Source: an uncultured archaeon (GTDB lineage Archaea; EX4484-52; JAADEF01). Taken from it: DNA of 64,000 nt. The stretch is taken from positions 9,668 to 73,667 of the forward strand of contig CAYOWP010000004.1 in the NCBI GenBank assembly GCA_964407715.1, written 5' to 3'. The stretch's first letter is position 1, and every line of letters begins with the position of its first letter. Both the position numbers and the translations under genes were made by a program. Positions 27,490-38,064 of this stretch are shown in pieces. Under the pieces are notes generated by a model. That model did not search any database. It was not told the origin of the DNA and worked only from the letters and a program-made list of their open reading frames with translations.

Positions 27490-29337
27490 TTGGTGAATAG
27501 CATGATTAACATACTTTTTATAACCACGCTTTTTTTGGGATGGATGCTAAAATATATTGGATATGATACTCATTATTTTGTACTTTTAATCTTGTTCATA
27601 ATTGCTTATGGTATATTCTATATAGGTATAAAAGAAAACAAACAAAAAAGATTTTTGGTTTATGTTTTGTCTTCAAGTTTTATAATTGTTGTGTTGTGGG
27701 TATTGGAGTACTTTGAAATCTTATCTCTATCTATATATGACTCGCTCTTGTTATCTTTTTCTATATATTTGGCTGGAAGTATTGTTTCAAAACAAAAAAA
27801 TGAGATAATAACAATTTTTTTAACAATCATTTTCATAGGTGCTTTTATCTTTTATGTGCCAAACATATCCTTGGCAGAGATATATGGGGGAGATTTAACA
27901 CATCTTGATAACACCTTACAGAAGCTCCCTTTTATTGAAAGGGTAAAGGAAGGTTACAACATATTGATTCAGAGCTTAAAAAATATGACATATTATGAGG
28001 ATCTTGATTATCCTTCTGGTGCATCTAAGGAAAAGGAAAAAATAAGAGAATCTGTGAAAAAAGAGATAGATGATATTGTACATCTTGATATTTCCCCTTC
28101 CTCAATATCTCAAAAAGGAGATACGAAAAGCATTGTCTCGCTCTCTGCAAATAATCTCTTAAAAGATAGATATGCGAGAAATGTATATGTTGGTATGGAT
28201 GTTGGAAGTGAGGGAAGAATGTATGGTCTTGATGTGAATAGTGAAGAAGGATTCTGCTATGAAAATAATAAGAATTGCTATAGTGCAATAGACACAATAC
28301 CTCCACAAGGATTTGCACCTGCTCTATTCGAGATCATGCTTCCCCCATGTAAGAATGATTTTAATGCAGAAATTTATACAAAATATATCACTACAGCAAT
28401 TGGTGAAAAGGTAATATTTGTAGATAAGGGAGAATATAGAGATACTATATCATCAGAAGGTCCATTAACATTGGATATTGAACTTCTTCCAAAGAGACTT
28501 ACATATCCAGGAGAGGGAGACATGAAATTCATTATCAATATCTACTCATTGCTTAATAGCAATCAGTTTGAGAATCAACATGCATATTACAAATATTTAT
28601 TTCTTTCTATTCCAAAAGAGATAAATCTTGAAAGGGATTCAACATATTGTCCTTATCAAAAATATAGAGAGGAAGGAGGAAATACAATATATCTTTTTGA
28701 AATCAGAGATGAACTTCAATGCTTTGATAAAAATACTATTGGAGTGTTAACATGTAAAGCACAAATACCTGAAGAGAGGGTTGATGAGTTTATAAAAGGA
28801 TATAAGACATTTAGAGTTTATGTACCATATATATTTTATGGATCTTTTCCTTATAAAATAGAAACAATAAGTGATAAAGAATGTGAGAATGTCTTTAAGA
28901 AAAACACATTTGGATTGAGTGATGTAGAGTTTTTAAATAAAAGAGGATATTTAATCTCCTTCAGAAAAACATATAATGAAAAGGAAACAATAAACTTAGA
29001 AGATTTAGTAAGCGAGATGATAGATTTTTGTCATAATATCTTTGAAGGATCTTTTTCTGATCATGAATGTGCTTATGTTGTATTAAAAGGATATAAAGGA
29101 AAATTAAACATAGATTCATCAAGGTTCTCAAAGAGTTCAAAAGATAAGGATAAAGTTGTGTTACAAAAAGATAGTTCCTTAGATGATATCTTATCTAACT
29201 TGGAAAAGATATATGGAAATGAAATGGAAAAAGATGTGGAAATAATAAACAATTATGATGGTGAAGGAGATCTAAGTATAGATGTAAAATATAAATTTGA
29301 TTGTAGAGGTGGTAAAATAGTGGTTATCTTTGAATGA
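27490..29337 (+). CDS. membrane protein with large extracytoplasmic domain
   Basis: 615 aa; ~6 N-terminal TM helices then a ~450-aa soluble domain rich in Cys/Tyr. Confidence 0.35.
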   Translation: MVNSMINILFITTLFLGWMLKYIGYDTHYFVLLILFIIAYGIFYIGIKENKQKRFLVYVLSSSFIIVVLWVLEYFEILSLSIYDSLLLSFSIYLAGSIVSKQKNEIITIFLTIIFIGAFIFYVPNISLAEIYGGDLTHLDNTLQKLPFIERVKEGYNILIQSLKNMTYYEDLDYPSGASKEKEKIRESVKKEIDDIVHLDISPSSISQKGDTKSIVSLSANNLLKDRYARNVYVGMDVGSEGRMYGLDVNSEEGFCYENNKNCYSAIDTIPPQGFAPALFEIMLPPCKNDFNAEIYTKYITTAIGEKVIFVDKGEYRDTISSEGPLTLDIELLPKRLTYPGEGDMKFIINIYSLLNSNQFENQHAYYKYLFLSIPKEINLERDSTYCPYQKYREEGGNTIYLFEIRDELQCFDKNTIGVLTCKAQIPEERVDEFIKGYKTFRVYVPYIFYGSFPYKIETISDKECENVFKKNTFGLSDVEFLNKRGYLISFRKTYNEKETINLEDLVSEMIDFCHNIFEGSFSDHECAYVVLKGYKGKLNIDSSRFSKSSKDKDKVVLQKDSSLDDILSNLEKIYGNEMEKDVEIINNYDGEGDLSIDVKYKFDCRGGKIVVIFE

Positions 29338-29352
29338 ATTTGGAGGTGAGTT

Positions 29353-30369
29353 ATGAAAAAAAACTATAAGAGTTTATCGGTAATAAGCATATTGTTTTAT
29401 CTTGCATTATTATCTGTGATAGTAGTCATGCTTGTTATTGCTACAAAAAAGCATGTCTCATTTTTTGGAAATTTCTTTGGTGAAACCTCTGAACAATCCG
29501 CGGCTTATAATAGATGTCTCACTTATTGCCTTTCTGCATCCCCAAAAGACAAGTGCAAATATGGAGATAAAGAGATTTTATGTGCAGCATTTTTAAGCGT
29601 TTTTGGTTCTTCCTTTGTTTTTGATGATGAAATATTTAATGAAGGAAGTTTAACAGCATTAGGCATCAAAAAGGAAAACTTAGTAAGTAATGTTGGAAGT
29701 TCTGAAGAATACAAATGTAAGATTTATGATTTCTTAAATATAGAAAAAAGAACCTTAGGCAAAGGTATAGGTATCCCATCTTTGGATGATATAAGAAAGA
29801 GTGTTGAGAGAACCATAGAGAAATATGGCTCAGCTATAGAGGAGATATCAGAAAACGAGGGTATTGATCCTTGTATTCTTGTGAGCACAGTAGCAATTGA
29901 GAGTTCTGGGGGAGTTGTTAAAAGAACAAAATATATCTCTTGTGGAATTACAATGATTACCCCACAAAATTTGAGATCATTGGGATATTGTAATGCAAAA
30001 GAAAGTGATAAAGAATGTTGTGAAAAGATAGCTAAGAATGATAGAGCTGCCATTGAGTTAAGCGTTAAACTTTTTAAAAGGTTTGAGAATAACGTGAATC
30101 AATACATCTTTAAGAACAACTATCCTATAGATGAAAATGGAGTTTTCAAGTTGGCATATCTTTTCGCATATTATAATGGTGGTGGAAGTTGCATGGGTCC
30201 ATCTAAAAGTTGCAGTTTTACATCTTGTAAAAACTTAAAGGAAGACTTAAGAGGATTTGATAGCATTCCAATATTCATGTGTGCCTATAAACCTGGAGGT
30301 TGCATCGAAACTCAAGCGCATGTTACTAAATCTCTCTATGCATATAAAATATGTAAGGAGACGTGGTAG
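29353..30369 (+). CDS. Cys-rich secreted protein, possible lysozyme-like (lytic transglycosylase-like) fold
   Basis: 338 aa; signal/TM anchor; >20 Cys; AIESSGG...CGITMITPQN loosely matches the ES...GxMQxxP motif of SLT domains. Confidence 0.3.
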   Translation: MKKNYKSLSVISILFYLALLSVIVVMLVIATKKHVSFFGNFFGETSEQSAAYNRCLTYCLSASPKDKCKYGDKEILCAAFLSVFGSSFVFDDEIFNEGSLTALGIKKENLVSNVGSSEEYKCKIYDFLNIEKRTLGKGIGIPSLDDIRKSVERTIEKYGSAIEEISENEGIDPCILVSTVAIESSGGVVKRTKYISCGITMITPQNLRSLGYCNAKESDKECCEKIAKNDRAAIELSVKLFKRFENNVNQYIFKNNYPIDENGVFKLAYLFAYYNGGGSCMGPSKSCSFTSCKNLKEDLRGFDSIPIFMCAYKPGGCIETQAHVTKSLYAYKICKETW

Positions 30370-30415
30370 TCAATTGCAATGTGAGCTTCTCTAACACAAC
30401 TTTTTAGATGTTATC

Positions 30416-31045
30416 TCGCCTGTTAACCATAATTTGTTGAAAATGGTTAACGGGAAGAAATCGCTCTTCCAAAGCTTTGCGGCGGGATATCCTTTTTTGA
30501 AGGTTAGGTGCTTCACAACCGCTTTGAAATGTTAGCTGCTCTTATGTGTTTTCTTAGAGGGTTAGGTTTCCCGTTAACCAATTTTTTATTGAGAAGATTA
30601 TGGTTAACGGGAAGAAATCGCTATCACAAAAGTTTTTTTGAGTGCGCTATCCTCTTTTAAAAGGTTATCTGCTTCCTAACCGGTTTATTAGGTTAGCTGC
30701 TCTTATGTGCTTCATTAAGGTGACATCTTCCCGTTAACCAATTTTTTATTGAGAAGATTATGGTTAACGGGAAGAAATCGCTATCACTAAGGCTTCGCAG
30801 CATGCTAACCTTTATCAAGGGTTAGCTGCTTCCAAACCGCTTTAAAAGGTTAGCTGCTCTTATGTGTTTTCTTAGAGGGTTAGGTTTCCCGTTAACCATA
30901 TTTTTATTGAGAAGATTATGGTTAACGGGAAGAAATCGCTCTTCCAAAGCTTTGCAGCATGCTAACCTTTATCAAGGGTTATCTGCTTCCAAACCGCTCT
31001 GAAAGGTTAGCTGCTGTAATATGCTTCATTAAGATGACCTTTACC
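30416..31045. repeat. Repeat locus R3: ~4 tandem ~160-bp units
   Basis: Perfect hairpin CCCGTTAACCA-N20-TGGTTAACGGG at 30570-30611, 30730-30771 and 30888-30929 (period 158-160 bp); each followed by AGCATGCTAACC-N9-GGTTAGCTGCT and further GGTTAGCTGCTCTTATGTG half-sites. Confidence 0.85.
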
Positions 31046-31153
31046 CTTTAATCAACTTTAAAAAAGAAATGTCTTGATAACGCTAAAATTTGATAAACTT
31101 AAGATCAGCAAAATAGCATCACCTTTTTTAAATGTCAAGAGGAGAGATATTTT

Positions 31154-32260
31154 ATGGTATCATCTATAGAGGAAAAAATAAAGGCATTGGAAGAGGAGAT
31201 AAGAAAAACGCCAAAGAATAAGGCAACAGAGGTACATTTAGCAAAATTAAAATCAAAACTTGCAGCATTAAAAGAGCTATTAGAAACAAGGAAAAAAGCA
31301 CAAAAGAAGTCTGGAAAAATCACAACAATAAAAAAACAAGGTAATGCAACCATTGGGATAATAGGATTTCCTTCTGTTGGAAAGAGCAGTTTGTTAAATG
31401 CTCTTTCAAATGCTGAGTCAAAGATAGGAGATTATGCCTTCACAACAGTAAATATTGTTCCAGGAATGATGTTTTATAAAGGTGCTTATATTCAACTATT
31501 TGATTTACCTGGAATAATAGAAAACGCGTCAAAAGGAATTGGGATGGGAAAAGAAATATTAAGTTATGCTCGAGCTTGTGATCTATTACTCATCATGATA
31601 GACCCAACAAAGGATATAGAGCACCAAATAAAAACAATTCTTAATGAACTTCACAAAGCAGGTTTTCGAATAAATAAACCAAAACCAGATATAAAGATAG
31701 TGAAAAAAGATCGCGGTGGGCTGGATATATTTATTGCTAATCACCTGAATATAAAAGAGGAAGATGTGAGAGAAATTTGTTATGAGTTTAATATTCATAA
31801 TGCTGACATAGTAATCAAAGATGCCGAAACATTGGAGGATGTTTATGATGCGCTGTTCTCCAATAGAGTATATGTAAAGGCACTCATCATAATAAACAAA
31901 ATTGATTTGTTGGAGAAGCGTACATTAGATGATCTCAAGAATAAGCATCATGATTGGGTATTTATCTCTGCAAAAAATGGAGAGGGAATAGAGGAGTTAA
32001 AAGAAAGAATATTCAGAGAATTGAACTTGATAAGGATATACACAAAAAAACCCTTACAAAAACTTGAGGATGTTGATAAAGAGTTTCCATTAATCCTCAA
32101 AAGTCCATGTTATGTAAGAGATGTTGCAGAAAAGCTACATCTCTTAAAGATTTTCAAATATGCAAGAATATGTGGAAAATCAGTTAAGTTTGATGGTCAG
32201 AGAGTTGGTTTGGATCATAAACTTGAGGATGAAGATATCGTGGAGATATCAACTGAATGA
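31154..32260 (+). CDS. DRG/Obg-family GTPase with C-terminal TGS domain
   Basis: G1 GFPSVGKSS, G3 DLPG, G4 NKID; 368 aa; C-terminal TGS-like segment. Confidence 0.8.
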   Translation: MVSSIEEKIKALEEEIRKTPKNKATEVHLAKLKSKLAALKELLETRKKAQKKSGKITTIKKQGNATIGIIGFPSVGKSSLLNALSNAESKIGDYAFTTVNIVPGMMFYKGAYIQLFDLPGIIENASKGIGMGKEILSYARACDLLLIMIDPTKDIEHQIKTILNELHKAGFRINKPKPDIKIVKKDRGGLDIFIANHLNIKEEDVREICYEFNIHNADIVIKDAETLEDVYDALFSNRVYVKALIIINKIDLLEKRTLDDLKNKHHDWVFISAKNGEGIEELKERIFRELNLIRIYTKKPLQKLEDVDKEFPLILKSPCYVRDVAEKLHLLKIFKYARICGKSVKFDGQRVGLDHKLEDEDIVEISTE

Positions 32261-32380
32261 AGAGATTTTAAATTTTACCACGTATGAACTGTATCTATTA
32301 CTTCTCTTTATATTTTTGACACTTCTTAACTTTATATTTCATAAATTGTCATGTGAAAGATGTAAAATGAGAAATATTTG

Positions 32381-33223
32381 TCAATGACAAAATCTTTTTA
32401 AGAAAGAAGATAAAAGAAAACCTATACCCGATACCAAAACAATAGTTGCGCCAGATGGCAAATCGAACACATAAGAGAGATATAAGCCAATTAGAGTTAA
32501 AATCATACTTATAAATGTTGAAAAAATCATCAATTTCTTTATGTTATAGGTAAATGCTCTGCTTATCGCTGCTGGAATCGTAAGTAATGCTATAACAAGA
32601 ATAACTCCAACAATCCTTATCAAGACCACAACACTCAAAGCAACTAAGCATAAAAGAAGAAAATATACCTTTTTTGTTGGAACTCCCACAACTTCTGAGA
32701 ACTCCTCATCAAATGAGATTGCCAAAAATTCCTTGTAAAACAAAATCACCGTAAAAATTATTATCATGTTCAATATCAACATTATAATTAAATCAAAGGA
32801 GGTAACTGTAAGAATTGACCCAAATAAATAGCTAAAAAGATTAGGAGCATATCCTGGGCTTAAAGCAACAAAGATAATTCCTAATGCCATGCCAACTGTC
32901 CATGAAATTCCTATGGCTGTATCTTCACTGACCTTTGTTTTTTTACTGATAATACCAATGAAAAGTGCAGATAATATACTAAACGGGATAGCAGTAAGAA
33001 TAGGATTCATTCCAAGCAAATATCCTAAACCAATACCACCAAATGCCGCATGAGAAATCCCTCCACTAATAAAAACTATTCTTTTTATCACTACATACGT
33101 CCCTACAATTCCGCATGTTATGCTCACTAAAATTGCCGCTATTAATGCATTTCTCATAAATTCATATTGAAGAATCTCTATCATCTTTCTCATTCCTCCG
33201 CGATATTCTCTCAGGAAGCTCAT
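32381..33223 (-). CDS. ABC transporter permease (Zn/Mn ZnuB-like)
   Basis: 280 aa; ~8 TM helices; in an operon with the ATPase and TroA-like binding protein. Confidence 0.7.
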   Translation of the reverse strand: MSFLREYRGGMRKMIEILQYEFMRNALIAAILVSITCGIVGTYVVIKRIVFISGGISHAAFGGIGLGYLLGMNPILTAIPFSILSALFIGIISKKTKVSEDTAIGISWTVGMALGIIFVALSPGYAPNLFSYLFGSILTVTSFDLIIMLILNMIIIFTVILFYKEFLAISFDEEFSEVVGVPTKKVYFLLLCLVALSVVVLIRIVGVILVIALLTIPAAISRAFTYNIKKLMIFSTFISMILTLIGLYLSYVFDLPSGATIVLVSGIGFLLSSFLKRFCH

Positions 33224-33962
33224 AAGTTATTAGATCTACTGAGTATTGATATGCCTCCTTAAGGTTTTTCAATACTGCTTCCTTTGAACCATAATAAAAC
33301 AACCTGCGATTTAAACAGGCAATCTTTTCCACATAAGTGGAGACCACGCTAATATCATGTGTTACAAGAACAATCGCCATTTTTTTCTTGAGTTTTGATA
33401 GCAATTTATAAAATGATTCCTGTATATTTGGATCTATGCCTGTAGTTGGTTCATCAAGCAGAAGTAGTTTTGGCTCTCTTACAATAGCTCTTGCTACAAA
33501 AACCCTTTGTAACTGCCCACCAGATAGCTTGCCTATCTGTCTATTTTTGAATTCAAGCATATTCACAGCTTTAAGAGCATTAAGTGCTGCCTCTTTATCC
33601 TGTTTGGAATATGGTTTAAATGCTCCTTTATACCTTCCCATTAAAACAACATCAAATACGCTCATCGGAAACTCTGGATCAAAAAAGGTGTATTGTGGAA
33701 GATAACCAATTAGTTTTCTACCTTCCTTTGGGTCTTTTCCAAAAACTTTAACTTCTCCTCTATTAGGCTTAATTAATCCAAGGATGACCTTTAGCAGCGT
33801 AGTTTTTCCACCACCATTTGGCCCTATAATAGCAAGGAAATCATTCTGCTTTATGGAAAAAGAGATATCTTCAAGAACAGGAATACTATCAAAATAAACA
33901 TACACATTCTTTAAGCTAACAATCTCCTTTCCCATTCTAATCACTTGCAAATGCTTCAGCAA
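33162..33962 (-). CDS. ABC transporter ATP-binding protein (ZnuC-like)
   Basis: Walker [10 protein letters not shown], signature LSGGQLQR, Walker B LLLLDEPT; probable true start MGKEIVSL. Confidence 0.85.
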   Translation of the reverse strand: MLKHLQVIRMGKEIVSLKNVYVYFDSIPVLEDISFSIKQNDFLAIIGPNGGGKTTLLKVILGLIKPNRGEVKVFGKDPKEGRKLIGYLPQYTFFDPEFPMSVFDVVLMGRYKGAFKPYSKQDKEAALNALKAVNMLEFKNRQIGKLSGGQLQRVFVARAIVREPKLLLLDEPTTGIDPNIQESFYKLLSKLKKKMAIVLVTHDISVVSTYVEKIACLNRRLFYYGSKEAVLKNLKEAYQYSVDLITYELPERISRRNEKDDRDSSI

Positions 33963-34803
33963 CTTTACGCATGTTTTGTAGATAGTCCTTCTTCAAAGGA
34001 TCTACCATAATAACTTTACCATTAATTTCCTCGGCTATCACTTGCGCGATTTTTGGATTAGATTGCGGTGACGCAAATATTAAAGTTATGTTATTTTCTT
34101 TTGCTTGTTTTATTAAGCTTGCAATTCCTTGAGGTGTTGGTTCTTTTCCTTCTTTTTCAATTGCTATCTGCTCTAATCCATAATCTCTCGCAAAGTATGT
34201 CCATGCTGGATGATATACTATGATCTTTTTATTCTTTTTCTTAGAAAGAATTCTAGCGATGTCTTTATCAAGTTCATCCAACTCCTCTAAATATTTTTCT
34301 TTATTTCGCGCATAGTATTCTTTGTTAGAAGGATCCACCTCCACCAATCCTTGGAATATATTCTCAACCATTATCTTTGCATTTTTTGGAGAAAGCCAAA
34401 TATGTGGATCATTATCTATAATCTCTATTCCTTTTGAACAATCCACAACAAGCATTTTTTTATTAACAGAAAGTATTTTATCCATCCATGACAATTCAAA
34501 TTCAATTCCTGATCCAACTTTGGCATAGAGTTTTGCTTTGCTAACCTCTCTTAACTGAAAGGGTGTTGGCTCATAAGTATGTGGATTTGCATCTGGAGGA
34601 ATCATTATAACAACTTTTACTCTATTCCCTCCTATCTTCTCTACAAACTCTGCTTGTGGTGGTATAGTAACAACTACAACTATCTTATTATCAACATCTT
34701 TTGAGTGTGGAATAAGAAAAAGATATGCACTAATCAAAATCCCAATAACCAATATTCCAAAAAACAATAATCTTTTTCTTTCCATCTTCTTTGTCTCCAT
34801 CAT
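33937..34803 (-). CDS. metal (Zn/Mn) ABC transporter substrate-binding protein, TroA/ZnuA family
   Basis: N-terminal signal/TM; metal-ligand motifs NPHTYEPTP and DPHIWLSP. Confidence 0.8.
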   Translation of the reverse strand: MMETKKMERKRLLFFGILVIGILISAYLFLIPHSKDVDNKIVVVVTIPPQAEFVEKIGGNRVKVVIMIPPDANPHTYEPTPFQLREVSKAKLYAKVGSGIEFELSWMDKILSVNKKMLVVDCSKGIEIIDNDPHIWLSPKNAKIMVENIFQGLVEVDPSNKEYYARNKEKYLEELDELDKDIARILSKKKNKKIIVYHPAWTYFARDYGLEQIAIEKEGKEPTPQGIASLIKQAKENNITLIFASPQSNPKIAQVIAEEINGKVIMVDPLKKDYLQNMRKVAEAFASD

Positions 34804-34868
34804 AGATATATAATGGTTATTAGTTGTTAATTTTTAAAATTTTTTGTTGATTATATACTTAGTGAGGT

Positions 34869-35450
34869 ATGAATATGAATATTGATGAATTGAACAAAAT
34901 GATAAAAAATTGTAGGAGATGTAGATTGTCAGAAACAAGAACAAATGCTGTTTGTGGAGAAGGAAATCTAAATGCTAAAATTATGTTGATTGCTCAAGCA
35001 CCAGGAGAAAAGGAGGACAAAGCAGGAAGAATGTTTGTTGGTCCTTCTGGAAAAGTATTGGATGAATTACTAACGTTAGCAGGAATTAAAAGGCAAGAGA
35101 TTTATATGACAAATCTAATTAAGTGTATGCTACCAAATTATAGAAGGCCTAAGGAGGATGAAATTAAAACATGTAGTTATTATTTGGATGAAGAGATTAA
35201 ATTAATAAATCCAAAGATATTAGTTCCATTAGGTTATTATGCTACCTGTTATATTTTTCAAAAATATAATATTTCTCTTCCTTTAACACAAAAATTTTCT
35301 TCAATTTATGGAAGAGTATTCTTAGCTGATAACAAAAAGATATTTCCTCTTCCCCATCCAGCAACCATGCTCTATAATCCAAACTTTAAACAAGATTTAA
35401 TAGAAAATTATAGAAAATTGCATATGGTACTTAAAGAGGTGGAAAAATGA
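34869..35450 (+). CDS. uracil-DNA glycosylase family 4
   Basis: CRRC...C Fe-S cysteines; GEGNLNAKIMLIAQAPGEKEDKAGRMFVGPSGKVL motif; HPA motif near the C-terminus. Confidence 0.8.
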   Translation: MNMNIDELNKMIKNCRRCRLSETRTNAVCGEGNLNAKIMLIAQAPGEKEDKAGRMFVGPSGKVLDELLTLAGIKRQEIYMTNLIKCMLPNYRRPKEDEIKTCSYYLDEEIKLINPKILVPLGYYATCYIFQKYNISLPLTQKFSSIYGRVFLADNKKIFPLPHPATMLYNPNFKQDLIENYRKLHMVLKEVEK

Positions 35451-36139
35451 AGTTTATTATTGTTTATGATGACATTGTGTTTAGAAAAGATTTGCAAGCT
35501 GATTGGGGATTCTCAGCTCTTGTAGAAGTTGAAAAAAGAAAAATTCTCTTTGACACAGGTGCTAATCCGAAAATTTTGCTTTCAAATATGGAAAAATTTG
35601 GCATTAATCCGAAAGAGATTAACAAAGTGGTCATCTCTCACATTCATCATGATCATATTGGAGGTTTAGAAGGTTTCTTAGAAAGGAACAATAATGTTAC
35701 TGTTTTCATCCCAAGTTCCTTTCCTCAATCTATCAAGGATATGATAATCCAGAAAGGCGCAAAATTTGTGGAGATTTCAGCACCAAGGGAAATCTCCAAG
35801 TTTATTTACACAACAGGAGAGCTTTATGCTTTTCCACCAGAGCAATCCTTGATTATTGATTCAAAAAAGGGACTGATAATTATTACAGGTTGCGCCCATC
35901 CAGGAATAGTAAATATTGTGAAGAGAGCTAAGGAATTAATGAAGAGAGATAAAGTATATTTGGTTTTAGGAGGTTTTCACCATCCTCCCATTTCATGTGT
36001 TAAGGAATTCAAAAAATTGGAGGTTGAAAAGGTTGCGCCATCTCATTGTACAGGTGATGCTGTCAGAGAAGCCTTTAGAAATGAATATAAAGATGGTTTT
36101 ATTGAATATGGAGTTGGAAAAATAATTGAAGTTAAATAA
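35447..36139 (+). CDS. metallo-beta-lactamase fold hydrolase
   Basis: HIHHDHIGG (HxHxDH) motif; 230 aa. Confidence 0.7.
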   Translation: MKFIIVYDDIVFRKDLQADWGFSALVEVEKRKILFDTGANPKILLSNMEKFGINPKEINKVVISHIHHDHIGGLEGFLERNNNVTVFIPSSFPQSIKDMIIQKGAKFVEISAPREISKFIYTTGELYAFPPEQSLIIDSKKGLIIITGCAHPGIVNIVKRAKELMKRDKVYLVLGGFHHPPISCVKEFKKLEVEKVAPSHCTGDAVREAFRNEYKDGFIEYGVGKIIEVK

Positions 36140-36142
36140 TGA

Positions 36143-36466
36143 TTGAAGTTAGGAGGTTATATTATGGATTTGAAAACATTTCAGAAAGAGGTAGAGGAGT
36201 TGTTTAATAAAATCTCTAATAAAAGAAATAGAAAACATGAAGAGGAAGAGGTATTTATCCATTTGATTGAGGAAATTGGAGAGATAGCAAGGCAATTAAC
36301 AAACAAAAAAATAAGAAAAGAAAAGTTTAATCATAAAAATCTTGAAGAGGAAATCTCAGATGCAATTGTGTTTTTAACATACTTGGCATCTCTATATGAA
36401 ATTAACCTATCAGATTCTCTAAGAAAAGATATAGAGAAATTAAAGAAAAAGTTTGGAATTTCGTAA
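36143..36466 (+). CDS. MazG-like nucleotide pyrophosphohydrolase (small, single-domain)
   Basis: 107 aa; LIEEIGEIARQL EExGE motif typical of the MazG/NTP-PPase all-alpha family. Confidence 0.65.
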   Translation: MKLGGYIMDLKTFQKEVEELFNKISNKRNRKHEEEEVFIHLIEEIGEIARQLTNKKIRKEKFNHKNLEEEISDAIVFLTYLASLYEINLSDSLRKDIEKLKKKFGIS

Positions 36467-36917
36467 AGACAACTAAACTTTAACAATTTCATCCTTGTGC
36501 TTCTATTCATCATACTTGCTTAGCAACTTAAAGTATTTCTCTATGATGGAATTCCAGAGTTTAATTAAGGGGGTGCTCTTATCATAATGGTTAAAATTTT
36601 TTCCGTAATACATTATTTCCTTGTTTTTGATTTTTCCATTTTCAAAAATTAATCTCTCCCAAATTATCAACCATCCTGTTCTTGTTATTTGCTCAATAGA
36701 ATATGTTAACAATGCAGGATACTCAGGAAAATCAAATTTCAGTTTTAAATTTTGATCAAGATATGTTCTTACTTCATCATAAAGATTCCCTTCTCTCTTC
36801 TCGATCTCTTTGAGAGCCTTTAGATATTCCTCCTGAGTTTTTAATCCAAGAATGCTAAATTTTTTTAATTAGAAATCACATATTATAGATGTCATAGCAA
36901 TATAAGGGAGGAAGAGA

Positions 36918-37889
36918 ATGAGAAAGATAGAGATCATAGTAAATCATATCTCGAAATATATGCTGATTTACACATTACTGACAATTGCTTTTGGGACTTT
37001 TATTAGTTGTAATTATTCTCTAAGCTTTCTATCCAAGTATATAATGATTATTGTGTTCTTAATGATATACCCAATGATGGTTAATGTGTCTTTTGAAAGT
37101 CTTAAAAAAATCAAAACAGTTCACAAACCTGTTGTGATTGCACTATTTTTTAACTTCATTGTTGCGCCATTTCTATACTGGCTTTTATGCATCATATTTC
37201 ATGTTCCCATGGATATAAAAATCGCATTGTTGTTATTGGCTGTAGCGCCTGCTTCAAGCATGGGATTAGGATATGTTGGTTTATCAAAGGGAAACATGGT
37301 CTCAGCAAGCATAATTGTAGCATTGGCTTTTATTATGTCTTTATTTGTTTATCCTATAACAATCCACATATTGAATGCAGGAAATAATATAATTCCTTTT
37401 AGCCAGGTCATCAAAAACTTGATCTTTGTATTAGTATTGCCCATGATATTGGGTTTGACTACAAGAGAAGGAATAATAGAAAAGAAAGGTAAAGACTTCA
37501 AGAAGATAAAGCCATATTTCTCTCTTGCTACATTAACTTTCCTTTATATATTAATTTTTGTAATCTTTGCACTTAAAGGAAAATTGATAATAGAACATTG
37601 GAGAAAGGTAATTTTAATAGCGCCTATTGCGATATGTTTTTATACGATAATGATAGGTGTAGCTATTATATTCAATAAATATTTAGCAGGATTAGGATAC
37701 GAAGACCATCAAGCAATTGTATTTACCACAGTAAGCAAAAACATAGCATTAACAATTGGTTTGTTAGCAACAGTTTTTGGAAAAAATGCGCATGAACTTG
37801 CAATGTATCCAGCCATAATTTCAATCTTTCAGATAATATTCTTAATGAGCTATCTGCATTTTAGTGAACATATAAGAAGATGGTGGTAG
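36918..37889 (+). CDS. membrane transporter, bile acid:Na+ symporter / ACR3-like family
   Basis: 323 aa, ~10 TM helices; family assigned from topology and size only. Confidence 0.4.
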   Translation: MRKIEIIVNHISKYMLIYTLLTIAFGTFISCNYSLSFLSKYIMIIVFLMIYPMMVNVSFESLKKIKTVHKPVVIALFFNFIVAPFLYWLLCIIFHVPMDIKIALLLLAVAPASSMGLGYVGLSKGNMVSASIIVALAFIMSLFVYPITIHILNAGNNIIPFSQVIKNLIFVLVLPMILGLTTREGIIEKKGKDFKKIKPYFSLATLTFLYILIFVIFALKGKLIIEHWRKVILIAPIAICFYTIMIGVAIIFNKYLAGLGYEDHQAIVFTTVSKNIALTIGLLATVFGKNAHELAMYPAIISIFQIIFLMSYLHFSEHIRRWW

Positions 37890-38064
37890 AAATAAAATGA
37901 AGTTTTAGTGTATGCATATCTTTTACTATCCACAATTCTATGCACAATGATGCACTGAAATGACTATCATAATGAAAAAATATAATTGTTGTTCCCTCTA
38001 AAGTCGAACATCAAAAGATAAGAGATATCGCGGAAAGAGTTGAGGAGGTGTTAAGTAAATGATA

